A stretch of DNA of 64,000 nt, taken from positions 1-64,000 of the forward strand of contig JAUWOR010000002.1 in the NCBI GenBank assembly GCA_030612025.1, given 5' to 3'. This stretch comes from Dehalococcoidia bacterium (GTDB taxonomy: Bacteria > Chloroflexota > Dehalococcoidia > GIF9 > AB-539-J10). Made by a program: the position numbers and the translations under genes. Under the pieces are notes generated by a model. It was not told where the DNA came from. It made no database searches and saw only the letters and a list, made by a program, of their open reading frames with translations. This document shows positions 1 through 9,441 of this stretch, one piece after another (within the stretch, counting starts at the first letter, position 1; each line of letters opens with the position of its first letter).

Positions 1-612
1 AAGGGTATTCCTAATATGCTGCACCACATTAAGACCATCAGAACGTCAGGCATCAATCCTGTGGTGTGCATCAATAGCTTCCATACCGATACCAAGGAAG
101 AGATCGCTATGGTGCGAAAGGCAGCCGAGGCGGCTGGAGCAAGCTGTGCCGTGTCTACCCACTGGGCCAATGGCGGCGACGGTGCCCTGGAACTAGCTGA
201 GGCGGTTAAGGGAGCTTGCGAAGCTAAGACCGATTTCAAGTTCCTGTACCCCTTGGAAATGAAACTGCGGGAGCGGGTGGACAAGATCGCCAAGGTGGTC
301 TACGGAGCCGATGGAGCGTCGTGGACTTCTGATGCTGAGGCCAAGGCTAAGATGCTTGAAGCTGACCCCAAATATGATGAGTACGCTACTATGATGGTGA
401 AGACCCACCTGAGCCTGACACATGACCCAGCCATTAAGGGTGTCCCCAAGGGGTGGACTCTGCCAATCCGCGACGTGTTGATTTATTCCGGAGCGAAATT
501 CCTCTGTCCCTGCGCCGGGACTATCAGCTTGATGCCAGGGACCAGCTCTAACCCTGCCTTTAGGAAGGTAGATATCGATACAAAGACCGGTAAAGTACAG
601 GGGCTCTTCTAA
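1..612 (+). CDS. fhs: Formate--tetrahydrofolate ligase, C-terminal part (gene starts before the window)
   Basis: Frame open from base 1; typical Fhs C-terminal motifs ([41 protein letters not shown]); first gene of a Wood-Ljungdahl cluster. Confidence 0.93.
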   Translation, partial: KGIPNMLHHIKTIRTSGINPVVCINSFHTDTKEEIAMVRKAAEAAGASCAVSTHWANGGDGALELAEAVKGACEAKTDFKFLYPLEMKLRERVDKIAKVVYGADGASWTSDAEAKAKMLEADPKYDEYATMMVKTHLSLTHDPAIKGVPKGWTLPIRDVLIYSGAKFLCPCAGTISLMPGTSSNPAFRKVDIDTKTGKVQGLF

Positions 613-665
613 GGGAAGAAAAGCTTAGCTTGAGAGGATAAAACTTCGGTGCTATAGTTGTCAAT

Positions 666-1346
666 TTGATGGTAAAAACGAAGAGTATTTCTTTAACCAT
701 CGATGGTAAAGAAATAACTGCCACCGAAGATGAGAAGATATTATGGGCGGCATTGGATAATGGCCTTTATATACCCAATCTCTGCGCTATTCGGGAAAGG
801 AGTGAGCCTATGGCCGCTTGTCGCCTTTGCTTTGTGGAAGTAGAAGGCACAGCTATGCCAGTTACCGCCTGCACTGCACCGGTAAAGGAGAATATGGTAA
901 TTAATACCAAGGGGGCAAAGGCCCTAAGGTTGGCTCGCACCGCCTTTGAGTTGCTTTTATCCAACCATTCCGTAGATTGTGCTAATTGCCCCAAAAATGG
1001 CTCTTGCGAGCTTCAGAAGATCGCCAAACACCTTGGTATAAAACTTAAGACAAAGAGGTTCAGGAAAGTTCTGCCGGCTCTACCAATAGATTCCAGCGGC
1101 CCCGTATTTATCTATGACCCCAATAAGTGTGTCCTCTGCGGCAGATGTGTCTGGGTATGCCAGGAAAAGCTGGGCATAGGAGCTATTGGCTTTGCTTACC
1201 GTGGCTTCCGAAGAATGGTCACCACCTTCGCCGGTGAGCTCATTGGTAAATCCAGTTGTCAGGGCTGCGGCGAATGTGTTACCATCTGCCCTACTGGTGC
1301 TTTAGTATTCAAGAACGCTAAAGGAGGTAAGACATGGTTATCATAG
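666..1346 (+). CDS. HoxU/NuoG-N-like Fe-S protein ([2Fe-2S], His-ligated [4Fe-4S], 2x[4Fe-4S]); no catalytic domain
   Basis: YIPNLC...ACRLC...PVTAC, HSVDCANCPKNGSC, CVLCGRCVWVC, CQGCGECVTICP; 226 aa with no H-cluster or Mo-bisPGD domain; start may be ATG 669. Confidence 0.85.
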   Translation: MMVKTKSISLTIDGKEITATEDEKILWAALDNGLYIPNLCAIRERSEPMAACRLCFVEVEGTAMPVTACTAPVKENMVINTKGAKALRLARTAFELLLSNHSVDCANCPKNGSCELQKIAKHLGIKLKTKRFRKVLPALPIDSSGPVFIYDPNKCVLCGRCVWVCQEKLGIGAIGFAYRGFRRMVTTFAGELIGKSSCQGCGECVTICPTGALVFKNAKGGKTWLS

Positions 1347-2221
1347 GTGAGAGCATACATGTTATAGCCAAAGCAGTCTCCACAGCAATAAAAGAGAGGG
1401 ATGCCAAGGCAATTCAGGATTTAGCTAAAGCTCAAGCTGATAGTGGGGCTGATTATATAGACTTAAACGTTGGTTTCTTAAGAAAAGACACCGAGGAAAC
1501 CATGCAATGGGTAGTAAATACAGTTCAAGAGGTTACTGATTTGCCTCTTTCTCTGGATACTATGAACCCTGTGGCTATGAAGGCCGGCCTCAAGGTTTGC
1601 AAGAAAAGGACTTTGCTTAATTCCGCCTCGGGGAAGACAGATTCAAAGGAACAAATGCTTCCCTTAGCCAAGAAATATAACTGTGATGTAGTCATTTCAG
1701 TTTTTACTGATAAAGGTATGCCTTCAGAGGCCGAATCGAAGATAGAGAGCATTATGGACACAGTGGCCTATGCCAATGAGCTTGGAATCCCTAATGAGGA
1801 TATCTGGGTTGACCCCATAGTCCTCCCCGTGAGCACTGCCGGTGAAGGGCAGAAGCTTGCTGTCTCAAATATAGAATTTATGAAGATAATCGAGGATGTC
1901 TTACCAGGAATTAAATCAACGGTGGGACTTTCCAATGTATCTAACGGGGTACCGACAGAGCTAAGGCCAATCCTCAACCGCACTTACCTCATGATGCTGG
2001 CAAGGTATGGGCTTTACTCCGCCATTATTGACGTCCTGGATAAGGAGCTCATGGGCATATGTAAAGGTGAGAGGCCAAATATCGTCGACCTTATCTATAG
2101 GACCATGGATGGAGAGGAGATAGACTTCTCTTCTTTATCGCAAGAAGAAATCGACTATGTGAAGACAACCAAGGTTCTTACCGCGGAGACCCTATATTCT
2201 GATGCTTGGCTTGAAAGTTAA
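1334..2221 (+). CDS. acsE: Methyltetrahydrofolate:corrinoid/Fe-S protein methyltransferase (pterin-binding fold)
   Basis: IIGESI, ADYIDLN, PLSLDT, VDPIVLPV, GLSNVSNG motifs; position in CODH/ACS cluster. Confidence 0.88.
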   Translation: MVIIGESIHVIAKAVSTAIKERDAKAIQDLAKAQADSGADYIDLNVGFLRKDTEETMQWVVNTVQEVTDLPLSLDTMNPVAMKAGLKVCKKRTLLNSASGKTDSKEQMLPLAKKYNCDVVISVFTDKGMPSEAESKIESIMDTVAYANELGIPNEDIWVDPIVLPVSTAGEGQKLAVSNIEFMKIIEDVLPGIKSTVGLSNVSNGVPTELRPILNRTYLMMLARYGLYSAIIDVLDKELMGICKGERPNIVDLIYRTMDGEEIDFSSLSQEEIDYVKTTKVLTAETLYSDAWLES

Positions 2222-2230
2222 TGCTTATTT

Positions 2231-2318
2231 TGTCACCCTGAGCAATGGCGAAGGGGCTAGATTCTTTGCGGAGTCTGTCCTGAGCAGTATGAGATTCTTC
2301 GCTACGCTCAGAATGGCA
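2231..2318. repeat. Palindromic intergenic repeat (TGTCAYYCTGAGC...AGATTCTTCGCT...GCTCAGAATGRCA family)
   Basis: Inverted ends tgtcaccctgagc / gctcagaatggca; related copies at 42176, 47570 and 50221. Confidence 0.8.
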
Positions 2319-2361
2319 GGTGGACTTGCTAAACAATCTTTGAAACTTAAGGAGGCAAAGT

Positions 2362-3279
2362 ATGGAGTATAAAGCACCAATTGAGTCCTATACTGGAGTA
2401 GTTAGGGAAATAACAATCGGGAAAGGGGAAAAAGCTGTAAAGATAGGAGGGGAGAATATTCTCCCCTTCCATTTTTTTGATGAAGGTTCACTGCCTAATC
2501 CGCCGAGTTTCGCTTTAGAGGTTTGGGATATGGAGCCAACAGATTGGCCAGAGTGGTTGCTTGAGCCTTTTAAAGATGTTGCCTCTGATCCAGCAAAATG
2601 GGCCAGGAAATGCCAGGAACTCGGTGCTAATGCAATCTCCCTTTACCTTACAAGCACTGATCCTGCAGTGAAGGATAGCCCCGCTGGTGAGGCAGCAGCC
2701 CTGACAAAAAACGTAGCCGAGGCAATAACCATTCCTCTGATTGTCTATGGCTCTGGGGATGATAAGAAAGATGCCGAGGTTCTCCCCAAGGTTGCCGAGG
2801 TATGCGATGGAATGAACCTCCTCATAGGTCCAGTGCTTAAAGAAAACTATGAAGTGGTGGGAAAGGCAATTTTGGCTCATGGACATTTAGCTATTGCCCA
2901 AACCCCCCTGGATATCAACTTGCTGAAGGAGTTAAATGTAAAGCTCTGCCACTTTTTCCCTGCCGAGAGGATTGTGATCGACCCCTTATCCTCAGCATTA
3001 GGCTATGGTATGGAATATAGTTTTACTCTAATAGAAAGAGTGAAGCAGATTGGAATAATCGTTAAGGATAGTATGACACAGATGCCTATGATTGCTAATC
3101 TTGGAGGTGAATGTTGGAAAACGAAGCAAGCTAAGGAGAGCAAAGAACAAGGTTTGCTCTGGGAAGGGATAACAGCTCTTTCCCTTCTTTTAGCCGGAGC
3201 AAACATCCTTATTTTAAGGCACCCGGAGGCTCTAAGGTTAATAAAAGAAACGATTGGAGGCGAAATATGGCAGAAGTAA
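2362..3279 (+). CDS. cdhD: Corrinoid iron-sulfur protein small subunit (delta)
   Basis: YTGVVREITIG..IGGENILPF, IDPLSSALGYGMEYS, WKTKQA, ILRHP motifs. Confidence 0.92.
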   Translation: MEYKAPIESYTGVVREITIGKGEKAVKIGGENILPFHFFDEGSLPNPPSFALEVWDMEPTDWPEWLLEPFKDVASDPAKWARKCQELGANAISLYLTSTDPAVKDSPAGEAAALTKNVAEAITIPLIVYGSGDDKKDAEVLPKVAEVCDGMNLLIGPVLKENYEVVGKAILAHGHLAIAQTPLDINLLKELNVKLCHFFPAERIVIDPLSSALGYGMEYSFTLIERVKQIGIIVKDSMTQMPMIANLGGECWKTKQAKESKEQGLLWEGITALSLLLAGANILILRHPEALRLIKETIGGEIWQK

Positions 3280-5573
3280 AGGCAATAACAAGGAAACAAG
3301 AGGAAGTTAGGCAGCTGATAAAAGCGGAGATTCCCTGGGAGCCAGTTGGCCCTACTCCGATGCCAGAAATCCCAGACCTTAGATCATGGGATATGAGGCT
3401 CCTCAAGACTTATAAGCCTTGGTATGCTCCCTTCTGCGACCTTTGCTGCCTCTGTACTTACGGTAAATGCGACCTTACTCAAGGAAGAAGAGGGGCTTGT
3501 GGACTCGATATAGCCACTCAGCAGGCAAGGATAATACTTCTCGCTTGCTTGATGGGATGCTCGGCTCACGCCGGGCATGCCGGGCACATCCTTGAATTCT
3601 TGATCGAGAAGCATGGTCCCGATAAAAAGATTGATATGGGCACATTTATCGAGCTTGAGGCTCCAAATATACGCACTGTCACCGGTCTAAAGCCTGAAAC
3701 TTTAGGCGACCTCAAGACAGTTATAGAGTATGTCTACAAGGAGATCACCCATCTCCTTGATTCTACCCACTTTGGGCAGGAGGGAAGCTATCTCGATTAT
3801 GAATCGAAAGCTCTCCACGCTAGCATGCTGGATCATGTCGGTATGGAGGTGGCCGATATCGCCCAGATTGTGGGATTTGATTTCCCCACCTCTGTAGCCG
3901 ACACTCCTATGATAGACATGGGTTGGGAGGCGGTGGATAAATCTAAGCCGGTGATTCTGCTAGTGGGACATAATCCGGCTACTTCATGTACTCTCATCGA
4001 TTACCTGCGAGAGAATAACCTTTATGATAAGGTTGAGGTGGCCGGCATTTGCTGCACTGCTCTCGAGACAACAAGATATTCCGATAGGGCAAAAATTGTG
4101 GGGCCTCTCTCAAGGCAGCTTTTCTTTATTAGATCTGGCATCGCCGATGTCATTATGACCGATGAGCAATGCATTAGAACTGATATGCCCATAGAGGCAG
4201 ACAAGGTTAGCTCACGAGTTATCGCCTGTTTGGATAAGGTCATGTATGGACTCGAAGATGCCACTGATTGGGACATGGAAGAGATAGTGAAGCAAATGGT
4301 GGAGGATAAAAAGCACTTCGCTATCCTTGATCCCGAAAAAGCTGCTGAGGTGGCAGCACAAGTTGCTTTGAAAATTTCCCCCAGAAGGAAGAAGGAATGG
4401 ATAAGTGAGGAGGAGGCTAAGGAGCTTGCCGGGAAGTGCACTCAATGTGACATGTGTGAGAGAGTATGCCCTAATCTGCTTGGACTTGGCAAGGCAATGA
4501 AGGATATCTCCGAGGGGAATTTTGATGAGCCCCAGAAGCTATTTAATAAATGTATTGGCTGTGGCAAGTGCGACCAAGAGTGCCCGCAACACATTCCTAT
4601 CCTCAGGGTAATGCAGGTGGTAGCAAGCAAGGAGACCTGGAGAATAAGGGCTGGGCGTGGCGCTATTATGGATACCGAGATAAGAAATGTCGGGGCGCCG
4701 CTAACTCTGGGCACAATCCCTGGAGTCCTTGCCTTTGTGGGCTGCTCCAACTTCCCCGATATAGATGATGTTGCCGATATGGTTTATGAATTTGCTAAAA
4801 GGAAGTATATCGTAGTCCTCACCGGCTGCGCCGCTATAGTGGCTGGGATGAAGAAGTTTCAGGATGGAAAAACTGTTTATGAGCTATTTCCGCCTGATTT
4901 CGACGCTGGAGGCGTGGTAAATGTTGGCTCTTGCGTATCAAATGCTCATATTACTGGAGCGGCGATAAAGATAGCCAACATTTTCGCTGCCTTGCCATTA
5001 CGAGCAAATTATGAAGTAATGGCTGACTACGTCCTTAACCGTGTAGGCGCCTGTGGGGTAGCCTGGGGAGCGATGTCCCAGAAGGCAGCTTCCATTGGCA
5101 CAGGATGTAATAGGCTGGGCATTCCCGTAGTTTTGGGTCCTCATTCCTCCAAATATAGAAGGCTCTATCTTTCGAGGAAAGAGGAAGACGATTGGCGGGT
5201 TATGGATGCCAGGAAGAGGGAAATTGTGGATACCGGGGAGCCCTCACCTGAGCACATAGCTTATGTATGTGAGACTAAGGAGAAAGCCATGGTGATGATC
5301 CCCAAACTATGCATAAGGAAAAATGATACCCCTCAAGGAAGGTCAATAAAACTAAATCATTATATTTCCTTATATAAGAAATACATGGGAGGTGGGCTTC
5401 CTGAAGACCTCCATCTCTTTGTTAGGAGAGATGCTGATATTCCTCTTGTCTATAAGAAAGAAGTAAGGGTACATCTAAAGGAAATTGGCTGGCAGCCTAA
5501 GGAACCTGTAGGGCTCCCCACCTTCATCGGAACCTATCCCACTAAGGTTCCTCTAGAGGCAGTTATACATTAA
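3267..5573 (+). CDS. cdhA: Archaeal-type CO dehydrogenase alpha subunit
   Basis: VGPTPMP..DLRSWD, CDLCCLCTYGKC, HAGHAGH, GICCT, DEQC, inserted 2x[4Fe-4S] domain (CTQCDMCERVCP/CIGCGKCDQECP), GSCVSN. Confidence 0.95.
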   Translation: MAEVKAITRKQEEVRQLIKAEIPWEPVGPTPMPEIPDLRSWDMRLLKTYKPWYAPFCDLCCLCTYGKCDLTQGRRGACGLDIATQQARIILLACLMGCSAHAGHAGHILEFLIEKHGPDKKIDMGTFIELEAPNIRTVTGLKPETLGDLKTVIEYVYKEITHLLDSTHFGQEGSYLDYESKALHASMLDHVGMEVADIAQIVGFDFPTSVADTPMIDMGWEAVDKSKPVILLVGHNPATSCTLIDYLRENNLYDKVEVAGICCTALETTRYSDRAKIVGPLSRQLFFIRSGIADVIMTDEQCIRTDMPIEADKVSSRVIACLDKVMYGLEDATDWDMEEIVKQMVEDKKHFAILDPEKAAEVAAQVALKISPRRKKEWISEEEAKELAGKCTQCDMCERVCPNLLGLGKAMKDISEGNFDEPQKLFNKCIGCGKCDQECPQHIPILRVMQVVASKETWRIRAGRGAIMDTEIRNVGAPLTLGTIPGVLAFVGCSNFPDIDDVADMVYEFAKRKYIVVLTGCAAIVAGMKKFQDGKTVYELFPPDFDAGGVVNVGSCVSNAHITGAAIKIANIFAALPLRANYEVMADYVLNRVGACGVAWGAMSQKAASIGTGCNRLGIPVVLGPHSSKYRRLYLSRKEEDDWRVMDARKREIVDTGEPSPEHIAYVCETKEKAMVMIPKLCIRKNDTPQGRSIKLNHYISLYKKYMGGGLPEDLHLFVRRDADIPLVYKKEVRVHLKEIGWQPKEPVGLPTFIGTYPTKVPLEAVIH

Positions 5574-5585
5574 GAAGGAGGAAAA

Positions 5586-6140
5586 GTGAGCACAATGATA
5601 CCGTTTCACCGTGTAAATGTTTTAACCGGGATAAAGTCAGCTAGGCTGATAGAGGATGCTGCAGAATATGCTAATTTGATTCAGAAAGCGAAAAGACCCC
5701 TATTGGTGCTTGGTCCTCTGCTATCTGAATGGTCGTTTGATGGAAAGCTGCTTATCGAGTACGCCCTGGAGATTGCCAAGATTGCCAATATCCCTATATG
5801 TGCTACAGATATAGTTAAGGGGAAAATGGTGCAACTGGGGACGAAACCAGATAGCGTTTATGATGCCGTGGAGATAGTAAACCACCTCAAAGATCCTGAC
5901 TGGAAAGGGGTTAAGAAGGAGGGGAATCACGACTTGGTCATCTTCTTTGGCATAAGGAGCGATCTCGAAGAGCAATGCCTTTCCGTCCTAAAGCATTTTG
6001 CCTTCAATCACTTAAAAACTATGACCTTGGATAAATATTACTTTCCACATGCCAATTACTCTCTTCCCAACTTCAGGAAGGATGAGCAGTGGAAGGCATT
6101 TTTAGAAGACTTAATCAGTGAATTAAAGAAAGGAGGATAA
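5586..6140 (+). CDS. cdhB: CODH/ACS complex epsilon subunit
   Basis: KAKRPLLVLG, LKDPDWKG..HDLVIFFG, LSVLKHF, TLDKYYFPHANYS; directly after cdhA. Confidence 0.9.
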   Translation: MSTMIPFHRVNVLTGIKSARLIEDAAEYANLIQKAKRPLLVLGPLLSEWSFDGKLLIEYALEIAKIANIPICATDIVKGKMVQLGTKPDSVYDAVEIVNHLKDPDWKGVKKEGNHDLVIFFGIRSDLEEQCLSVLKHFAFNHLKTMTLDKYYFPHANYSLPNFRKDEQWKAFLEDLISELKKGG

Positions 6141-6143
6141 GGA

Positions 6144-7385
6144 ATGGAATTTCATGTAGACCTTGGTCCACAATATGAAGGGGAGGTGATAAGAAAGGAA
6201 GACCTCTATATGGAATTTGGAGGGCCCAAAGTAGCCCACAAGTTTGAGCTGGCAACCTTGAAAAGGCCGGAGGAAATTGAGAATGAGAAAGTGGAGCTTA
6301 TCGGCCCTGATATAAGTGAATTGGAACCTTACGATGAGGTCAAAGGTGGTGGGAGTTACCCTATAGCCGTTCTAGTTGATATTGCCGGTGAAGAGCTAGA
6401 TAAGGATGCTGAGTCAATCATTGAAAGAAAGATTCATATGTATACCAACTATACCGAAGGTTGGTATCACATGAATCAGCGCGATGCTATGTGGATGAGG
6501 GTGAACAAGGACTGCGCTAAAAAGGGCTTCAACTCCCTAAAGGAATTGGGCGAAATCTATAACTTCCTCTTCACCTCAGAGATGGCAATTATTGAAAAGA
6601 TCCAAACCACCATTATCACCGACGAGGAAAAGATAGCGAAACTTCTACCACAAGCTTTAGAGATTTATAAGGCAAGGGATAACAGAGCCTTGACTCTACG
6701 CGACGAAGACGTGGATACGTTTTATGGCTGTGTTCTGTGCCAAAGCTTCGCCCCTACCCATATTTCCATCATAGCCCCAGATAGGATTGCCAACTGTGGA
6801 GCGATAAACTGGTTTGATGGCAGAGCTGCTGCCAAGATCGACCCTGAGGGACCTATATTTGCTATACCAAAAGGGAAGCTTATAGACCCCATAAAGGGCG
6901 AATATGAAGGAGTGAATAAGGTGGAGTATGAGAAATCCCTGGCGACTTACGATAGAGTTTATCTCTACAGCGCCTTCGAACATCCACATACCTCCTGTGG
7001 CTGTTTTGAAGCTATTGTCTTCTACATCCCCGAAGTAGATGGATTTGGGCTCGTGCATAGAGATTATAAGGGCGAATGTGTAATTGGAGAGACTTTTTCT
7101 CACATGGCTGGTGAGACCTCCGGAGGCAAGCAAGTAGAAGGTAGGTTGGGAACTGGTCTGGAACAATTAAGATCGCCAAAATTTATCCAGGCTGATGGGG
7201 GCCGAAGAAGAATGGTGTGGCTGCCCAAGGAAATAAAAGAGAGGTATAGGGAAGCTTTTGAAGCAGACGGGGTATACGATAAAATACCTACAGAGGAAGA
7301 AGTTAAAAATGTCGATGAGCTCCTACCCTACTTAGAAAAGGTAGGTCATCCCTGGATAAAAGGTGAGGTAGAGCTTCCAGAGTAA
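6144..7385 (+). CDS. cdhC: Acetyl-CoA synthase beta subunit, short archaeal type
   Basis: GPQYEGEVIRK, FYGCVLCQSFAPTH, CGAINW, HTSCGCFE (A-cluster cysteines); lacks the bacterial AcsB N-terminal domain. Confidence 0.94.
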   Translation: MEFHVDLGPQYEGEVIRKEDLYMEFGGPKVAHKFELATLKRPEEIENEKVELIGPDISELEPYDEVKGGGSYPIAVLVDIAGEELDKDAESIIERKIHMYTNYTEGWYHMNQRDAMWMRVNKDCAKKGFNSLKELGEIYNFLFTSEMAIIEKIQTTIITDEEKIAKLLPQALEIYKARDNRALTLRDEDVDTFYGCVLCQSFAPTHISIIAPDRIANCGAINWFDGRAAAKIDPEGPIFAIPKGKLIDPIKGEYEGVNKVEYEKSLATYDRVYLYSAFEHPHTSCGCFEAIVFYIPEVDGFGLVHRDYKGECVIGETFSHMAGETSGGKQVEGRLGTGLEQLRSPKFIQADGGRRRMVWLPKEIKERYREAFEADGVYDKIPTEEEVKNVDELLPYLEKVGHPWIKGEVELPE

Positions 7386-7399
7386 AAGGAGGAAATACG

Positions 7400-7522
7400 A
7401 AATTCCAAGCACCAAATCCGAAACAAATTCAAATGACCAAAATCCAAAACCCAAACTGTTTTGAGTCTTTGGAATTTGAACTTGGAGATTGTTTAGAGTT
7501 TGGAGCTTAGGATTTAGAGTTT
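7400..7522 (+). repeat. Heptamer-periodic hairpin element (A/C-rich left arm, G/T-rich right arm)
   Basis: aaattccaagcaccaaatcc... / ...tttggagcttaggatttagagttt; related copies at 14083, 43650 and 57957. Confidence 0.8.
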
Positions 7523-7542
7523 AACGAAATAGGAGGTTTGTT

Positions 7543-8907
7543 ATGCCAATTTCAGGATCTCAAATTGTAAAGATGCTTCCTGGCAGGAGGCCATGTAAAG
7601 AGTGTGGTTTTCCCACTTGTTTTGCCTTTGCCATGAAGCTAGCTTCAGGTGGGGTAACCGTAGATAAGTGCCCTTATCTTTCTGAGGAGACAAAAATCAA
7701 ATTAATAGATCTTCTTGCACCGCCTATGAAGCTTGTTACCATAGGCTCAGGAGAAAATAAGCTAGAGATTGGGAATGAAGAGGTGGTATATCGGCATGAG
7801 AAGACGTTTGTCCACCCACCTGGTATTGCCCTCCTCATCTCAGATAAAGAGAGCGAAGCTAAAGTCGAGGAAAAGATAAAGAAGCTAAAGGAGCTACAGT
7901 TCCCCTGGGTGGGGCTAACCCTTAAGGCAGATCTTTTAGCCCTCTACTTTGAATCAGGGGATAAGGATAAATTTCTAGCCTTGGTCAAGAAAGTTTACCG
8001 CGAGAGCAGCGCACCAATGATCTTGATTTCAGAGGACATGGACGCCTTATTTTCTGCCCGAGATATATGTGCTGATAGGCAACCCCTCCTTTACCCCATA
8101 ACGAAGAAAAATATAGAGGCAGCAATACCGAAAATCAAAGAGAAACCCACCCCTGTAGGAATCCGAGGAGGAAGCGTAGAGGAATTAGTGCCTTTAACCA
8201 CTAAACTAAAGGAGGCTGGCATCGAAGATGTAGTTCTAGACCCAGGTTCTAAGAACTCGATGGAGGCGATCAGGGATCAAACTTTTATCAGGAGGGCAGC
8301 TATAAAGCAGGGTTTTAGGCCCCTTGGCTATCCTACTATTGCTTTCCCTTGCTTCATAACTGAAAACGGGCTAAAGGAAACTATGGCTGCCTCTATCCTC
8401 ATAAACAAATTCGCTGGAATTATTGTACTTTCCGATTTCCATCAATATTCTCTGCTGCCCACCCTAGTTCAGCGGCTCAATATTTATACCGACCCTCGCT
8501 TCCCCATGGCGGTGGAGGAGAAATACTACGAGGTATTGGAGCCGGATGAATATTCCCCGGTTCTTGTCACCTCAAACTGGGCTTTGACCTACTTCCTTGT
8601 ATCATCGGCTGTTGAGGCTACTAAAGTTCCAGCCTACGTTTGTGTTAAGGACTCAGAAGGACTTGGTGTTCTCACTGCCTGGGCAGCAGGCAAGTTCAGT
8701 GGTGATTCCGTAGGAGCATTTATCAAAAAATGTGGAGTTACAGACAGAGTGAAACACAGGAAGCTAATTATCCCGGGAAAGGTAGCCAGAATCAAAGGCG
8801 AGCTTGAAGATGCTTTAAACCTTGAGTGGGAGATTACAGTTGGTCCCAAGGAAACAACAGGGATGGGAGTTTTCCTCCCAGAGTTTGCTAAGAAGTTAAA
8901 GGGATAA
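7543..8907 (+). CDS. cdhE: Corrinoid iron-sulfur protein large subunit (gamma)
   Basis: CKECGFPTCFAFA [4Fe-4S] motif, YRHEKTF, NIYTDP, SPVLVTSNWALTYF, VLTAWAAGKF. Confidence 0.94.
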   Translation: MPISGSQIVKMLPGRRPCKECGFPTCFAFAMKLASGGVTVDKCPYLSEETKIKLIDLLAPPMKLVTIGSGENKLEIGNEEVVYRHEKTFVHPPGIALLISDKESEAKVEEKIKKLKELQFPWVGLTLKADLLALYFESGDKDKFLALVKKVYRESSAPMILISEDMDALFSARDICADRQPLLYPITKKNIEAAIPKIKEKPTPVGIRGGSVEELVPLTTKLKEAGIEDVVLDPGSKNSMEAIRDQTFIRRAAIKQGFRPLGYPTIAFPCFITENGLKETMAASILINKFAGIIVLSDFHQYSLLPTLVQRLNIYTDPRFPMAVEEKYYEVLEPDEYSPVLVTSNWALTYFLVSSAVEATKVPAYVCVKDSEGLGVLTAWAAGKFSGDSVGAFIKKCGVTDRVKHRKLIIPGKVARIKGELEDALNLEWEITVGPKETTGMGVFLPEFAKKLKG

Positions 8908-8908
8908 G

Positions 8909-9415
8909 GTGATAAGCATAAAGGAAAAAGAGCAATTAAGTGAGACCTTATCCTCATATAGCAGGGAAAAGAGAAATTTAATCCCCTTATTGCAGGAATA
9001 TCAGACGAAACTGGGGTATCTTCCCAAGGAAGTGATGCAAGAGATTGCTGCTTCCTTGGGGATTCCCGAGGTTGAGGTCTACGGGGTTGCTACCTTCTAT
9101 AACCAATTTCGCTTTGTTCCCTTAGGAAAGCACCATACTAGGGTTTGTATGGGTACTGCCTGTCATCTAGCAGGGGGTAAGCTTGTCTTAGAAGCTTTAG
9201 AGAGGGAACTCGAGATTAAGGTAGGAGAGACTAGCGAGGATGGTGAGTTCAGCCTAGAGCGAGTCGCTTGCGTTGGTTGCTGTATGCTGGCTCCAGTAAT
9301 GCTCATAGGGGACGAGGTCCGCCCTAGAATGACACCGTTTAAAGTGGAGGAGGCTTTAGTACCTTATAAACAAGAAATCCAACAAGAGGGCTCAACCAAA
9401 GGGCAAGCTTCCTGA
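8909..9415 (+). CDS. NuoE/HydC-like [2Fe-2S] subunit
   Basis: VATFYNQF, VCMGTACH, VACVGCCMLAPV. Confidence 0.9.
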   Translation: MISIKEKEQLSETLSSYSREKRNLIPLLQEYQTKLGYLPKEVMQEIAASLGIPEVEVYGVATFYNQFRFVPLGKHHTRVCMGTACHLAGGKLVLEALERELEIKVGETSEDGEFSLERVACVGCCMLAPVMLIGDEVRPRMTPFKVEEALVPYKQEIQQEGSTKGQAS

Positions 9416-9441
9416 CAAGAGAACTCCAAGGGCATTGGTGA

